Part shown: positions 55,982 through 64,000 of the stretch, one piece after another
How the letters are laid out: every line of letters begins with the position of its first letter
How positions within the stretch are numbered: position 1 is the first letter of the stretch
NCBI GenBank assembly: GCA_049605255.1
Contig: JBMYUJ010000010.1
Span: 2,199-66,198, forward strand
Direction of reading: 5' to 3'
Source: Magnetospiraceae bacterium
Lineage (GTDB): Bacteria; Pseudomonadota; Alphaproteobacteria; Rhodospirillales; JBMYUJ01
DNA length: 64,000 nt
Position numbers and translations under genes: made by a program
Notes under the pieces: model-generated
What the model was told of the DNA's origin: nothing
Database searches by the model: none
Seen by the model: the letters and a program-made list of their open reading frames with translations, nothing else

Positions 55982-57069
55982 GGGTGAAAGGCCTCGGATA
56001 AAGCTTCCAGACTCACTGCAGGTGCGCCCGCGGCCCGTTCGCGTATAACGCCCAGGGGCAGAACCGTCTCCCCCTTGCCTTGCAGGGTTTGGGAAACATC
56101 GTTCACCCGTTCCGGGTCGACCACCACCACCATGCCAATCCCACAATTGAAGGTGCGGGCCATATCCTCGGCCGTAATACCCCCCGTCGCCGCCAGCCAC
56201 CGAAACACCGGGGGCAGGGGCCACGCGGTCATGCGCACGGAAATCTGGGCGTTCTCCGGCAGAACCCGGGGCAGATTCTCGGTAAAGCCGCCGCCGGTGA
56301 TGTGGCAAAGCGCCTTCACCCCCCCCATCGCCACGGCGGCCAGGCAGGATTTCACATAGATCCGAGTCGGGGTCAGCAGGGCCGCGCCCAAGCTTTCCCC
56401 CGGTGCGAAGGGCGCCGGGTCTGTATAGGTCAGCCCCGCCGTTTCCACCACCTTACGGATCAGCGAATAGCCGTTGGAATGGGCCCCGCTGGAGGTCAGG
56501 CCCAGTACCACATCGCCAGGCGCGACGGTATCGCCAGTGATCAGGTGTTCCCGCTCCACCGCACCCACGGCGAACCCGGCGAGATCGTAATGGCCCGCAT
56601 CATACATGCCAGGCATTTCCGCTGTTTCGCCGCCAATCAGCGCGCATCCCGCCTGTCGGCAGCCCTCGGCGATGCCGGAAACGATGGTCGCGCCCGTTGC
56701 GGGGTCCAGCTTTCCGGTGGCGAAATAATCCAGGAAAAACAAGGGTTCCGCGCCTTGCACCACCAGATCGTTCACGCACATGGCCACCAAATCAATGCCC
56801 ACGGTGTGGTGTTGGTTCGCCGCGATGGCCACCATCAATTTGGTACCCACCCCGTCAGTGCCGGAAACCAAAATAGGGTCCACATAGCCTGCGGCCTTGA
56901 GATCGAACAGCGCACCGAACCCACCCAAGGCTCCGTCCGCTCCGGCGCGGGTGGTGCTTTTCGCATGGGGTTTGATCGCATCGACCAGGGCATTGCCCGC
57001 ATCGATATCGACGCCAGCGTCTTTATAGGATAAAGCCGGTGAACCCGGGGCTGGAGGCCCTTCCGCCAT
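55978..57069 (-). CDS. purM: Phosphoribosylformylglycinamidine cyclo-ligase
   Basis: [58 protein letters not shown]. Confidence 0.97.
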   Translation of the reverse strand: MAEGPPAPGSPALSYKDAGVDIDAGNALVDAIKPHAKSTTRAGADGALGGFGALFDLKAAGYVDPILVSGTDGVGTKLMVAIAANQHHTVGIDLVAMCVNDLVVQGAEPLFFLDYFATGKLDPATGATIVSGIAEGCRQAGCALIGGETAEMPGMYDAGHYDLAGFAVGAVEREHLITGDTVAPGDVVLGLTSSGAHSNGYSLIRKVVETAGLTYTDPAPFAPGESLGAALLTPTRIYVKSCLAAVAMGGVKALCHITGGGFTENLPRVLPENAQISVRMTAWPLPPVFRWLAATGGITAEDMARTFNCGIGMVVVVDPERVNDVSQTLQGKGETVLPLGVIRERAAGAPAVSLEALSEAFHP

Positions 57070-57153
57070 GGTGTTGACCCGATTACAGTACAAGGTTGCG
57101 GCTGTTGGCCGCCAAAAGCTGCTGAGACAATAAACAAACCGGAGCCGTTTTCA

Positions 57154-58248
57154 ATGAAACTTCGCGTTTTGCCCTTGGCCGGGGCACTGTGGGGGCTGTG
57201 CATCGCCCTATTCGCCCTCTCGGGCGGCCAAGCCACCGCCGGAGACATCTTCGCCGCCAGCAACATCCCCGTGGATGTGACCGCCAAGAACGCTGAACTG
57301 GCGCGCCAGCAAGCCATTGCCGAAGGGCGGGGTATCGCGTTGCGCCATGTGCTAGAGCGCCTGACCTTGGCGGTGGATCATGATCGCCTGCCGGCTCCGG
57401 CCCCCGAGATGCTGGAGGAGATGGAGCGGGAATTTGGGGTGATTTCAGAGAAAGCCTCCAGCGTGCGGTATATCGCCGCGCTGCGGTTCGCTTTCGAACC
57501 CGATGCCGTGCGCAGCCTGTTGCGGGAGGCGGGAATCGGCGTCGCTGAAACGGTCAGCAAACGGCTGGTCGTGGTGCCGGTGCTCGACACGGGGCAATCC
57601 CCAAGGCTGTGGGAGGAGGACAATCCCTGGCGTGCCGCCTGGAACGCCGAAGATCCGGAGGATGGGTTGATTCCCCTCGTTCAACCCTTAGGGGACCTGG
57701 CGGATATTTCCGGCGCCCCGGTGGCGCAGGTTTTGGCCGGTGACGGCGCGACGTTGCTGACCCTGGCCCGGCGGTATAATGCGGGCGGTGCGCTGGTGAT
57801 GCAGGCGCAGCCGCAGGCCGACCAACTGCACATTACAGTGCAATGGCTGACCGATGATGCCCGGCGCAATCCGGTGCGCCTGTCGGTCGCGCTTCCTGCC
57901 GGGGATTTAACGGCTGAAGCACTGCGACCCGCGGTTCTGGAAACACGGGCCGCGTTAGAAGAAAGCTGGAAACAGGCCACGTTGATCCGCTACGAGGTGC
58001 GGTCCTCGCTGGCGGCACGGGTGCCTGTTGAGACGCTGGGCGAATGGGTGTCTATCCGCGACGGATTGGCCACGCTGCCGGTGATTCAGGAGACGGAAGT
58101 GGTGTCCCTTTCCCCTGGAGAAGCGCGGATCATGGTGCATTATCTGGGTGAAATCGATCAACTGGTCCTCGCCTTGGCACAACGCAATCTGATTTTGGAG
58201 GAGACCCTGGGTGACTGGGTGTTGCGCCGGTCTCTCCCCCAAAATTAG
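57154..58248 (+). CDS. DUF2066-family exported protein
   Basis: Signal peptide; VDVTA..A..AR..A, LWEEDNPW..AW, PLGDLAD; conserved position divergent from purM. Confidence 0.78.
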   Translation: MKLRVLPLAGALWGLCIALFALSGGQATAGDIFAASNIPVDVTAKNAELARQQAIAEGRGIALRHVLERLTLAVDHDRLPAPAPEMLEEMEREFGVISEKASSVRYIAALRFAFEPDAVRSLLREAGIGVAETVSKRLVVVPVLDTGQSPRLWEEDNPWRAAWNAEDPEDGLIPLVQPLGDLADISGAPVAQVLAGDGATLLTLARRYNAGGALVMQAQPQADQLHITVQWLTDDARRNPVRLSVALPAGDLTAEALRPAVLETRAALEESWKQATLIRYEVRSSLAARVPVETLGEWVSIRDGLATLPVIQETEVVSLSPGEARIMVHYLGEIDQLVLALAQRNLILEETLGDWVLRRSLPQN

Positions 58249-58374
58249 GGGTTGTTGGGGGCTTTTCAGGGCGATCCCGCCTTTTTTGCCTTTAATCCCC
58301 TCGCCGCTTGAGGCACTTTGGGGGCCTGGTTGCACCCACGCGACCGTATACCTTACCACCGGGATTCCCGCACC

Positions 58375-59436
58375 ATGAGCATTCAACGCCAAGCCATGAT
58401 TTGGATGATCAGCGGGATCGTTTTCCTTCTCCTTGTCTTCGTGCTACGCGATGTGCTGATGCCCTTCGTCGCGGGTATGGTGATCGCCTATTTGCTGGAT
58501 CCCCTGGCCGATAAGCTGGAAGCAAAAGGCTTGTCCCGACTATCGGCGACCATCGTCATCACCGTGGGCTTTTTCCTGTTATTGTTGATTGGCTTGGCGA
58601 TTTTACTCCCAACATTACAGGTGCAGATCCTTGGCTTTTCCAAACGCCTGCCGGATTATCTGAATGCCTTGCGGGGCTTTATTCTGCCGTTGATAGAACA
58701 GTTTCAACTGGTTGCCCCCGATGCGGTGGATAAAATCCGCGATGCCACCGGCGGCTATATCGGCACCATGCTAAAATGGCTCGGCGGCGTTCTCGCCGGG
58801 TTGCTGAGCGGCGGCATGGCGATCGTGAATATCCTTTCGTTGCTGGTATTGACCCCGCTGGTGACCTTTTATTTCATCCGCGATTGGGATGTGATGGTGG
58901 CGAAAATCGATGGCTGGCTGCCACGGGATTCCGCCCGTTCGATCCGCGAAATCATGGGCGACATCAATATCACCCTGTCGGGTTTCGTGCGCGGACAGTC
59001 CACTGTCTGTTTCATTCTCGGGGTGTTTTACGCCTTGGGGCTGAGCCTGATCGGTCTGGATTTCGGGCTGGTGGTGGGTATCGTCGCCGGATTGATCTCC
59101 TTCATTCCCTATTTCGGCTCCTTGTTGGGATTCGGTACCGGGCTTGCCATCGCCATCGCCCAGTTCGGCGATTGGCAGCATCCGTTGATGGTGGTGGCCG
59201 TGTTCGGCATCGGTCAGTTGGCGGAAGGCAATTTCCTCACCCCCAAATTGGTCGGCGACAAGGTGGGCTTGCATCCCGTCTGGGTGATCTTCGCCCTGTT
59301 GGCGGGAGGTTCCCTGTTTGGTTTCACCGGGGTCATGCTTGCAGTGCCAGTGGCGGCAGTCATCGGCGTCGTGGTGCGATTTGCACTCAAGCAATATCTC
59401 GATAGCCCGTTCTACAAAGGCAATTCCCCCGCGTGA
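58375..59436 (+). CDS. AI-2E (PerM) family transporter
   Basis: L.PF.....AYLLDP, GF.RGQ, SFIPY.G, EGNFLTPKLVG..VGLHPVW. Confidence 0.92.
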   Translation: MSIQRQAMIWMISGIVFLLLVFVLRDVLMPFVAGMVIAYLLDPLADKLEAKGLSRLSATIVITVGFFLLLLIGLAILLPTLQVQILGFSKRLPDYLNALRGFILPLIEQFQLVAPDAVDKIRDATGGYIGTMLKWLGGVLAGLLSGGMAIVNILSLLVLTPLVTFYFIRDWDVMVAKIDGWLPRDSARSIREIMGDINITLSGFVRGQSTVCFILGVFYALGLSLIGLDFGLVVGIVAGLISFIPYFGSLLGFGTGLAIAIAQFGDWQHPLMVVAVFGIGQLAEGNFLTPKLVGDKVGLHPVWVIFALLAGGSLFGFTGVMLAVPVAAVIGVVVRFALKQYLDSPFYKGNSPA

Positions 59437-60125
59437 CCCCGCCGACGCAGCTCCCGCTTGATTTGCCCTTTCGGCCTGCCTTGCAAGGCGAAGATTTTCT
59501 GGTGGCAGATTGCAACACCGCCGCCGTCCGTTGGATTGATCGTTGGCCAGACTGGCCCGCCCCTTTCCTCACTTTGTATGGCCCTCCGGGGAGCGGCAAA
59601 TCCCATTTGGCGCAGGTCTACCTTACCCAAACGGGCGGGCGAGCCAACAGCCTTCGTGACGTTACGGAGGTGCCCCCCGCGGACCTCGTGGGCAACGCAA
59701 CGGCCTTGTTGTTGGATGAGGTTGCCTTGCCCCTGTCCGCAGAAGCGGAACGGGGTTTGTTTCATTTGTATAACCATCTGAGGGAGCAGGGGGGCACTTT
59801 GCTTCTGATCGGGGAAATTCCGCCCGCCCAATGGCCGTTGGCCCTGGCGGATCTGCAATCCCGCCTCCGGGGCGCGCCCGCAGTCGGCATCGGTGCGCCG
59901 GATGACGCGCTCCTGCAGGCGGTGATGGTGAAGCAATGCGCCGACCGACAAATGACCGTGCCACCCGAAGTGATCGCCTATGCGCTGCCCCGCCTGGAGC
60001 GATCCTTTGCGGCGGTGCGGGCGTTCGTTGCGGCGCTGGACCAGCAGGCCCTGGCGGCAAAACACCCGGTAACGGTTCCTTTGGCAAGGACCGTGTTGGC
60101 CGATCAGTTTAGCGGCGGCGCATGA
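59433..60125 (+). CDS. hdaA: DnaA regulatory inactivator
   Basis: N-terminal clamp-binding QLPLDL, GPPGSGKSHL, LFHLYN, DLQSRL, PDD.LL, R.ERS. Confidence 0.92.
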   Translation: MTPPTQLPLDLPFRPALQGEDFLVADCNTAAVRWIDRWPDWPAPFLTLYGPPGSGKSHLAQVYLTQTGGRANSLRDVTEVPPADLVGNATALLLDEVALPLSAEAERGLFHLYNHLREQGGTLLLIGEIPPAQWPLALADLQSRLRGAPAVGIGAPDDALLQAVMVKQCADRQMTVPPEVIAYALPRLERSFAAVRAFVAALDQQALAAKHPVTVPLARTVLADQFSGGA

Positions 60126-62631
60126 CGAGGTTCACGTCCCCATAATAGGCATAGGCCAGATAGGTGGGGTCGCCGGTCTCCAAAAATCGCTGTCGGACCT
60201 GCCGTAACGCCTCCGACACCTTCACCGGTTGGTTCTGCTGGAAGCCCGCATCCACCTGATCATAGAACCGGGCGGCGAAATCTGCCGCCGACCGGTCCAC
60301 CACCGGCCACAGACCGCCGACAAATCCGCTGGCGCCCGTATCCAGCACCGCCGGGCCCCAGCCATCCACGAAATTCGCGACGGATTCCGCCCGGCCCACT
60401 TCACAGGCATTGAAGAAGAACAGGGTGCCTTCGGCGGTCTTGCCCTGGGTCAGGGCGCGCCACGTGGCCACATCCAGTCGGCGGCCTTCCAACTGCACCG
60501 CATAGTCGGGCACTAAGCCTTCCCCCGCAAGGCCGTGGCCGCTGAAATGCACCACGCCTTGTGCACCGCCTTGGAACAGGGCCTGGATTTCCGAAAAGGT
60601 GCCGGGAACCTGCTTGAACCCGGGGATTTTGCGCAGCGCGGCGACCTCTGTTTCCTGGAAGGGCAACAGGTTTTCCCCTTCATAGCGGGGCACCACCGCA
60701 TTCAACGCTGCCATTTCCAAGGATTGAACCGGCTTTTCCCGTTGCCGGGGGCCGCCATCCAAATGCCAGCGCGCGAGCTGATAATCCACCGCCAGGAAGC
60801 CCCGGTCGCCGGAGCAATCCTCCGAGGGCACCATGATCTCCCACGGCAGCAGGGGATCGTTGGAGAAGATCTGAATGGTTTGCAGGTTTACCGCCGGGTC
60901 GGCGGCCAAATCGTCGAAGGCTTTCTTAAAACCGGCGGGGGCAAAATGACGATAGAGGGCACAGCCCAGGCCCCGCATCTTCAGCAAGGCGAAGGATTTT
61001 TGATCTTCCGAGGGTTCGGCCGCCGCCTGGGCAAGGTCCATCACGTCGATAAAATTTTCCCCGAGCCATTCGCCCAGCTCCGGCGGCACCTCCATGGGCT
61101 GTACCACCAGCCGCGAGGGCGGACGGAAATGGGGGGAGGCGACGATGATCTGCCCCGTGCCCAATTGGCCCGGGTTGTCGAACAGCATATGGACGGTGAG
61201 ATCGGGGATCGCCGCCCGGCCAAAGGTCATCGGGGCGGATGGGGGCGTTGGTGTCGGATCTGCCGCTGCCTTCACGGCCTCGACCGTTGGGGCCGGGGCG
61301 GCCCCCTCGGCATCGGCCACCCTGTCCGCCGGGTAAATGGTCACATCCCGCCAGACGCGGGCCAAATATTCCCCCTCGTGCCAGAGAGTCACGCGGATGC
61401 GGGATTTTCGGGGCTTGTTGACCCCTTCCTTGGCGCGAAGATTAAACATTACCGGCTCGGACTCGTCCTCCCGGGGGAGGAAAATTTCCCGTTCTGCCTC
61501 GCCGTCTTCCAGGGTAAAGCCAGAGGCAGCGAGCACCACCTTAAGGGTCCAACCGTCTTTTTGCGGATCATCGGGCAGCTTTAACTGCAACGCGCCGTCA
61601 GCGGTCACGGCGGCCTTTTCACCGGAGGGCTCGGCCTTGACGGAAACCTCGGGTGTGATGAGGTCGGTAGAGAGCCAGAATTCCGCCCAGAGGGTTTCTC
61701 CGCTGGTCACTTCCTCGCCTTCCACATCCAGGGTTGGGTAGCGCGTGACCTCTGTGGTGACCAGCGAGAGGCCCCGGCGTTTCTTTTTCAATTTGACCTT
61801 CGTTTTGGGATCGCCGATCAGGTTCGGCTCCACGTCCTTCATGACCGGGGCGCCTGTATCGATGACGCCATCAAGTCCGGGATTAGCTGCTCCGATAGGG
61901 CTCTGATCCACAGACCCCATGTAAATTTCCTTGGGATCAAATCCCTCGGTCCCGTTATACCAAATCCCCTGCAGCTTATTTGTGGCCTGCCGAACTTCGG
62001 TATCCACCTCCCATAACAGCCACCACAGAGATTTGCCCGGTTGGCTCATGGCATAGCCAAAAAAACGGGCAAACAGGCCGCGCGGCGCCTGGGACTTCTC
62101 TCCCGGCGGCGCGGCGTACATCACACAGAGCCCACGCGGCACGTCGATCTCACGGAGCCCTTCCTCGGATGTATTGGCATCCAAAACCACCAGGGTCAGC
62201 CGATTGTCCACGGTTTGAAGGCCAGTCAACAGACTGGAGAGAGAGATGGCGGTTTCGGGTTTTGCGGGGTCGCCATCCAAGGGCAGGAGGTAATTCTCGC
62301 CGTCGATCACCCGCCCCTTGCCGACAAAATAGACCACGCCCAGGGAGTCGGGCCCCGCCGCTTTCAGTCCCTGAACGAATTCATCCAGGGCTTGCGTCAT
62401 ATATTGGCGGCTGAGATCGGTGCGCACGGTGACCTGGTACCCGGCTTCCTGCAATCCGGCGGCCACGACCACCGCATCGGTCCCCGCATTATTCACGGGG
62501 TCGGTATCATACAGACCGTTGCCGATCACCAGTGCCAAACGCTGTTCCGCCTGTACCGTACCTCCGAGTCCCAGAAGGCTGGCGACAAGGACCATCACAT
62601 ACAAACCGAGGCGGGATAAGCGGGTCATCAT
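60109..62631 (-). CDS. Predicted secreted protein: catalytically dead caspase-like (C14) domain + beta-rich spacer + CHAT protease domain
   Basis: Signal peptide (GTVQA); RLALVIGN..Y, YFVGKG and LDAN replacing the His/Cys dyad; C-terminal LPWE, VHFSGHG, FFNACEVG, GFVG.LWPV.D, AY.YYGD. Confidence 0.85.
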   Translation of the reverse strand: MMTRLSRLGLYVMVLVASLLGLGGTVQAEQRLALVIGNGLYDTDPVNNAGTDAVVVAAGLQEAGYQVTVRTDLSRQYMTQALDEFVQGLKAAGPDSLGVVYFVGKGRVIDGENYLLPLDGDPAKPETAISLSSLLTGLQTVDNRLTLVVLDANTSEEGLREIDVPRGLCVMYAAPPGEKSQAPRGLFARFFGYAMSQPGKSLWWLLWEVDTEVRQATNKLQGIWYNGTEGFDPKEIYMGSVDQSPIGAANPGLDGVIDTGAPVMKDVEPNLIGDPKTKVKLKKKRRGLSLVTTEVTRYPTLDVEGEEVTSGETLWAEFWLSTDLITPEVSVKAEPSGEKAAVTADGALQLKLPDDPQKDGWTLKVVLAASGFTLEDGEAEREIFLPREDESEPVMFNLRAKEGVNKPRKSRIRVTLWHEGEYLARVWRDVTIYPADRVADAEGAAPAPTVEAVKAAADPTPTPPSAPMTFGRAAIPDLTVHMLFDNPGQLGTGQIIVASPHFRPPSRLVVQPMEVPPELGEWLGENFIDVMDLAQAAAEPSEDQKSFALLKMRGLGCALYRHFAPAGFKKAFDDLAADPAVNLQTIQIFSNDPLLPWEIMVPSEDCSGDRGFLAVDYQLARWHLDGGPRQREKPVQSLEMAALNAVVPRYEGENLLPFQETEVAALRKIPGFKQVPGTFSEIQALFQGGAQGVVHFSGHGLAGEGLVPDYAVQLEGRRLDVATWRALTQGKTAEGTLFFFNACEVGRAESVANFVDGWGPAVLDTGASGFVGGLWPVVDRSAADFAARFYDQVDAGFQQNQPVKVSEALRQVRQRFLETGDPTYLAYAYYGDVNLVMRRR

Positions 62632-62690
62632 CACAGAATACGATCCTTGAAAAGAGCCTATGTTCATCGGAAGATCAGCATACGCGCGCC

Positions 62691-62831
62691 CTAGAGCGCG
62701 ATCGACTTAATATGGATCATGAAATGATACAGATTAAGTCGTGAATCGCCCTCTAAGATTTTATTTAGAGACGGATTCACGTTGAAATCACGGTCAAAAG
62801 GATGTCCAGGATTTCAACGATCCGGTTCTAG
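62691..62831. repeat. 141-bp CTAG-bounded palindromic intergenic repeat (CIR-like / MITE-like)
   Basis: Terminal IR CTAGAGCGCGATCG / CGATCCGGTTCTAG; three internal hairpins; symmetric GANTC sites (GAATC, GATTC) in the central hairpin. Confidence 0.8.
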
Positions 62832-62950
62832 GATTGCGGCAATCGGCAAGGGCCAATGAAAATATCTTATTGGTCTGGATTGGCTGCGATAAATCCGCCA
62901 TAACCGGTGTTAATCATTTTAACCCATCACCTGATCAGGAGAGAAACGGC

Positions 62951-63577
62951 ATGAGCGACGCCCTGAATTACCTCGTCAAGGCCCGACCGGATGCCATGAC
63001 CAGTTATTTCAAGTTTTTGAAGGGCGCCGGAGATCATCTCGACGTGAAAACCCGGGATCTGATCTCGGTCATTACCAAAGTGGATGTGCAAACGGAAAAC
63101 GGGCTGAAACAATACCTGTCCCGCGCCTTGCGTGATGGCTGCACCCCCAATGAAATCCTGGATGCCCTGCTGATGGCTTTCCCCACCTTGGGTCTGGCGA
63201 AGATCGTCTGGGCGGTGGATATCATCCTGTCCATGAACATCCCGGATTTTAATACGGAGATCCTGGGGGCCGATCCGGAATGGCATGATCTGGGGCCAAT
63301 CGAAGATTTCCCGGAAGGGGATGCCACCTATGTCACCGTCGATTTTCGCAGCCTGTTTGTGTACCGCACCGGAGATACCGTGAAAGTCTACGACAGCACC
63401 TGCCCCCATCAGGTCACCAATATTCCGGAACTGGCGGTGGCGGGCAAACAGCTCACCTGCCCGAAACACCAATGGAAGTTTGATCTCGGCACCGGGGATT
63501 GCGTCGAAAAAGGCACCCATCCGCTGAAATCTTTTGAAGCCAAGGTGGAGGCCGGGGCCCTCAAGGCCTACTGGTAA
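62951..63577 (+). CDS. Carboxymuconolactone decarboxylase/AhpD-like domain fused to a Rieske [2Fe-2S] domain
   Basis: LD.KTR.LI, AL..G.T..EI.DA.....P..G N-terminal domain; CPH and CPKHQWKFDL.TG Rieske ligands; AGGAG RBS before ATG 62951. Confidence 0.87.
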   Translation: MSDALNYLVKARPDAMTSYFKFLKGAGDHLDVKTRDLISVITKVDVQTENGLKQYLSRALRDGCTPNEILDALLMAFPTLGLAKIVWAVDIILSMNIPDFNTEILGADPEWHDLGPIEDFPEGDATYVTVDFRSLFVYRTGDTVKVYDSTCPHQVTNIPELAVAGKQLTCPKHQWKFDLGTGDCVEKGTHPLKSFEAKVEAGALKAYW

Positions 63578-63587
63578 GAGGGCGGCC

Positions 63588-64000
63588 CTAAAGCTTTAGA
63601 ATCCCCGGGTCTCGGCCCATCTCCAGCCCGGGAAAGATCCGGCTGGTCAACACGGCGTCGGAGAGGCCATACAGGCCCTTGAGGGTCCAAGCGGCATAGC
63701 GACGCACATCCGAGGTGGGGCGCAGATCTCGGTTCTGGTGCAGGTCTTTCTCCGCGAGCCCGGGCCAGTCGCCGATCACCTGGCCCCCGCGCATCAGCCC
63801 GCCGCCGAACATCATCACGCTGGCGGTGCCATGGTCGGTGCCATGGGTGCCGTTTTCCCGCACCGTGCGGCCAAATTCGGTGACGGCTAGAACCGCCGTG
63901 TTGTTCCAGGCCGCGCCTAACCCGTCATACAGGCTCATCAAGGTGGCGTCGAGCCGCCCCAGCGCCGTGCCCAGCAGGTTTACCTGGCCGATATGCGTAT
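63588..64000 (-). CDS. DUF1501 family protein, 3' part (runs off the window)
   Basis: TEFGRTVRENGT.GTDHG, GG.V.GDWPGL, RDLRPT.D.R; frame remains open towards the window end. Confidence 0.85.
   Translation of the reverse strand, partial: THIGQVNLLGTALGRLDATLMSLYDGLGAAWNNTAVLAVTEFGRTVRENGTHGTDHGTASVMMFGGGLMRGGQVIGDWPGLAEKDLHQNRDLRPTSDVRRYAAWTLKGLYGLSDAVLTSRIFPGLEMGRDPGILKL

Noticed and set aside
1..64000. CRISPR array, transposase, prophage or rRNA
   Set aside because: No regularly spaced direct repeats or corresponding protein/RNA motifs seen

Overview
GC-rich alphaproteobacterial chromosome segment (Rhodospirillales-like; inferred from the purM/purN-DUF2066-perM-hdaA block, CtrA-like boxes and a Cle-type receiver). 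1-23.5 kb is a large alcohol-oxidation gene cluster. It contains a PQQ alcohol dehydrogenase with the lanthanide-type D-x-D active-site motif, cytochrome c550 PedF, a PedA1A2BC/Lut-like ABC system, a second ABC system and SoxYZ-like/MBL/CXXCW accessory genes. A tungsten-type aldehyde oxidoreductase operon (aorA-aorB-moaD-aorC) is embedded in it, and a FIST + hybrid kinase + LuxR regulatory set closes it. Six promoter regions of the cluster, including the AOR operon, share a palindromic box (consensus TWCGAC-N4-GTCGDA) 23-24 nt upstream of a -10-like hexamer. 23.8-31 kb holds signalling and metabolic genes: hemerythrin, a CoA-binding/MetY fusion, an Asp-less Cle-like receiver and an SBP + sensor kinase pair. 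31-36.5 kb is hypFCDE-hypA. 36.6-42.6 kb is a Fur-boxed imelysin/di-heme iron-uptake operon with one frameshifted gene, followed by tRNA-Leu(TAA). The rest is mostly housekeeping, plus a predicted secreted dead-caspase/active-CHAT protein, two copies of a structured palindromic intergenic repeat and a CMD-Rieske fusion. No CRISPR array, integrase or transposase was seen. All family assignments come from motif recognition; no database search was run.
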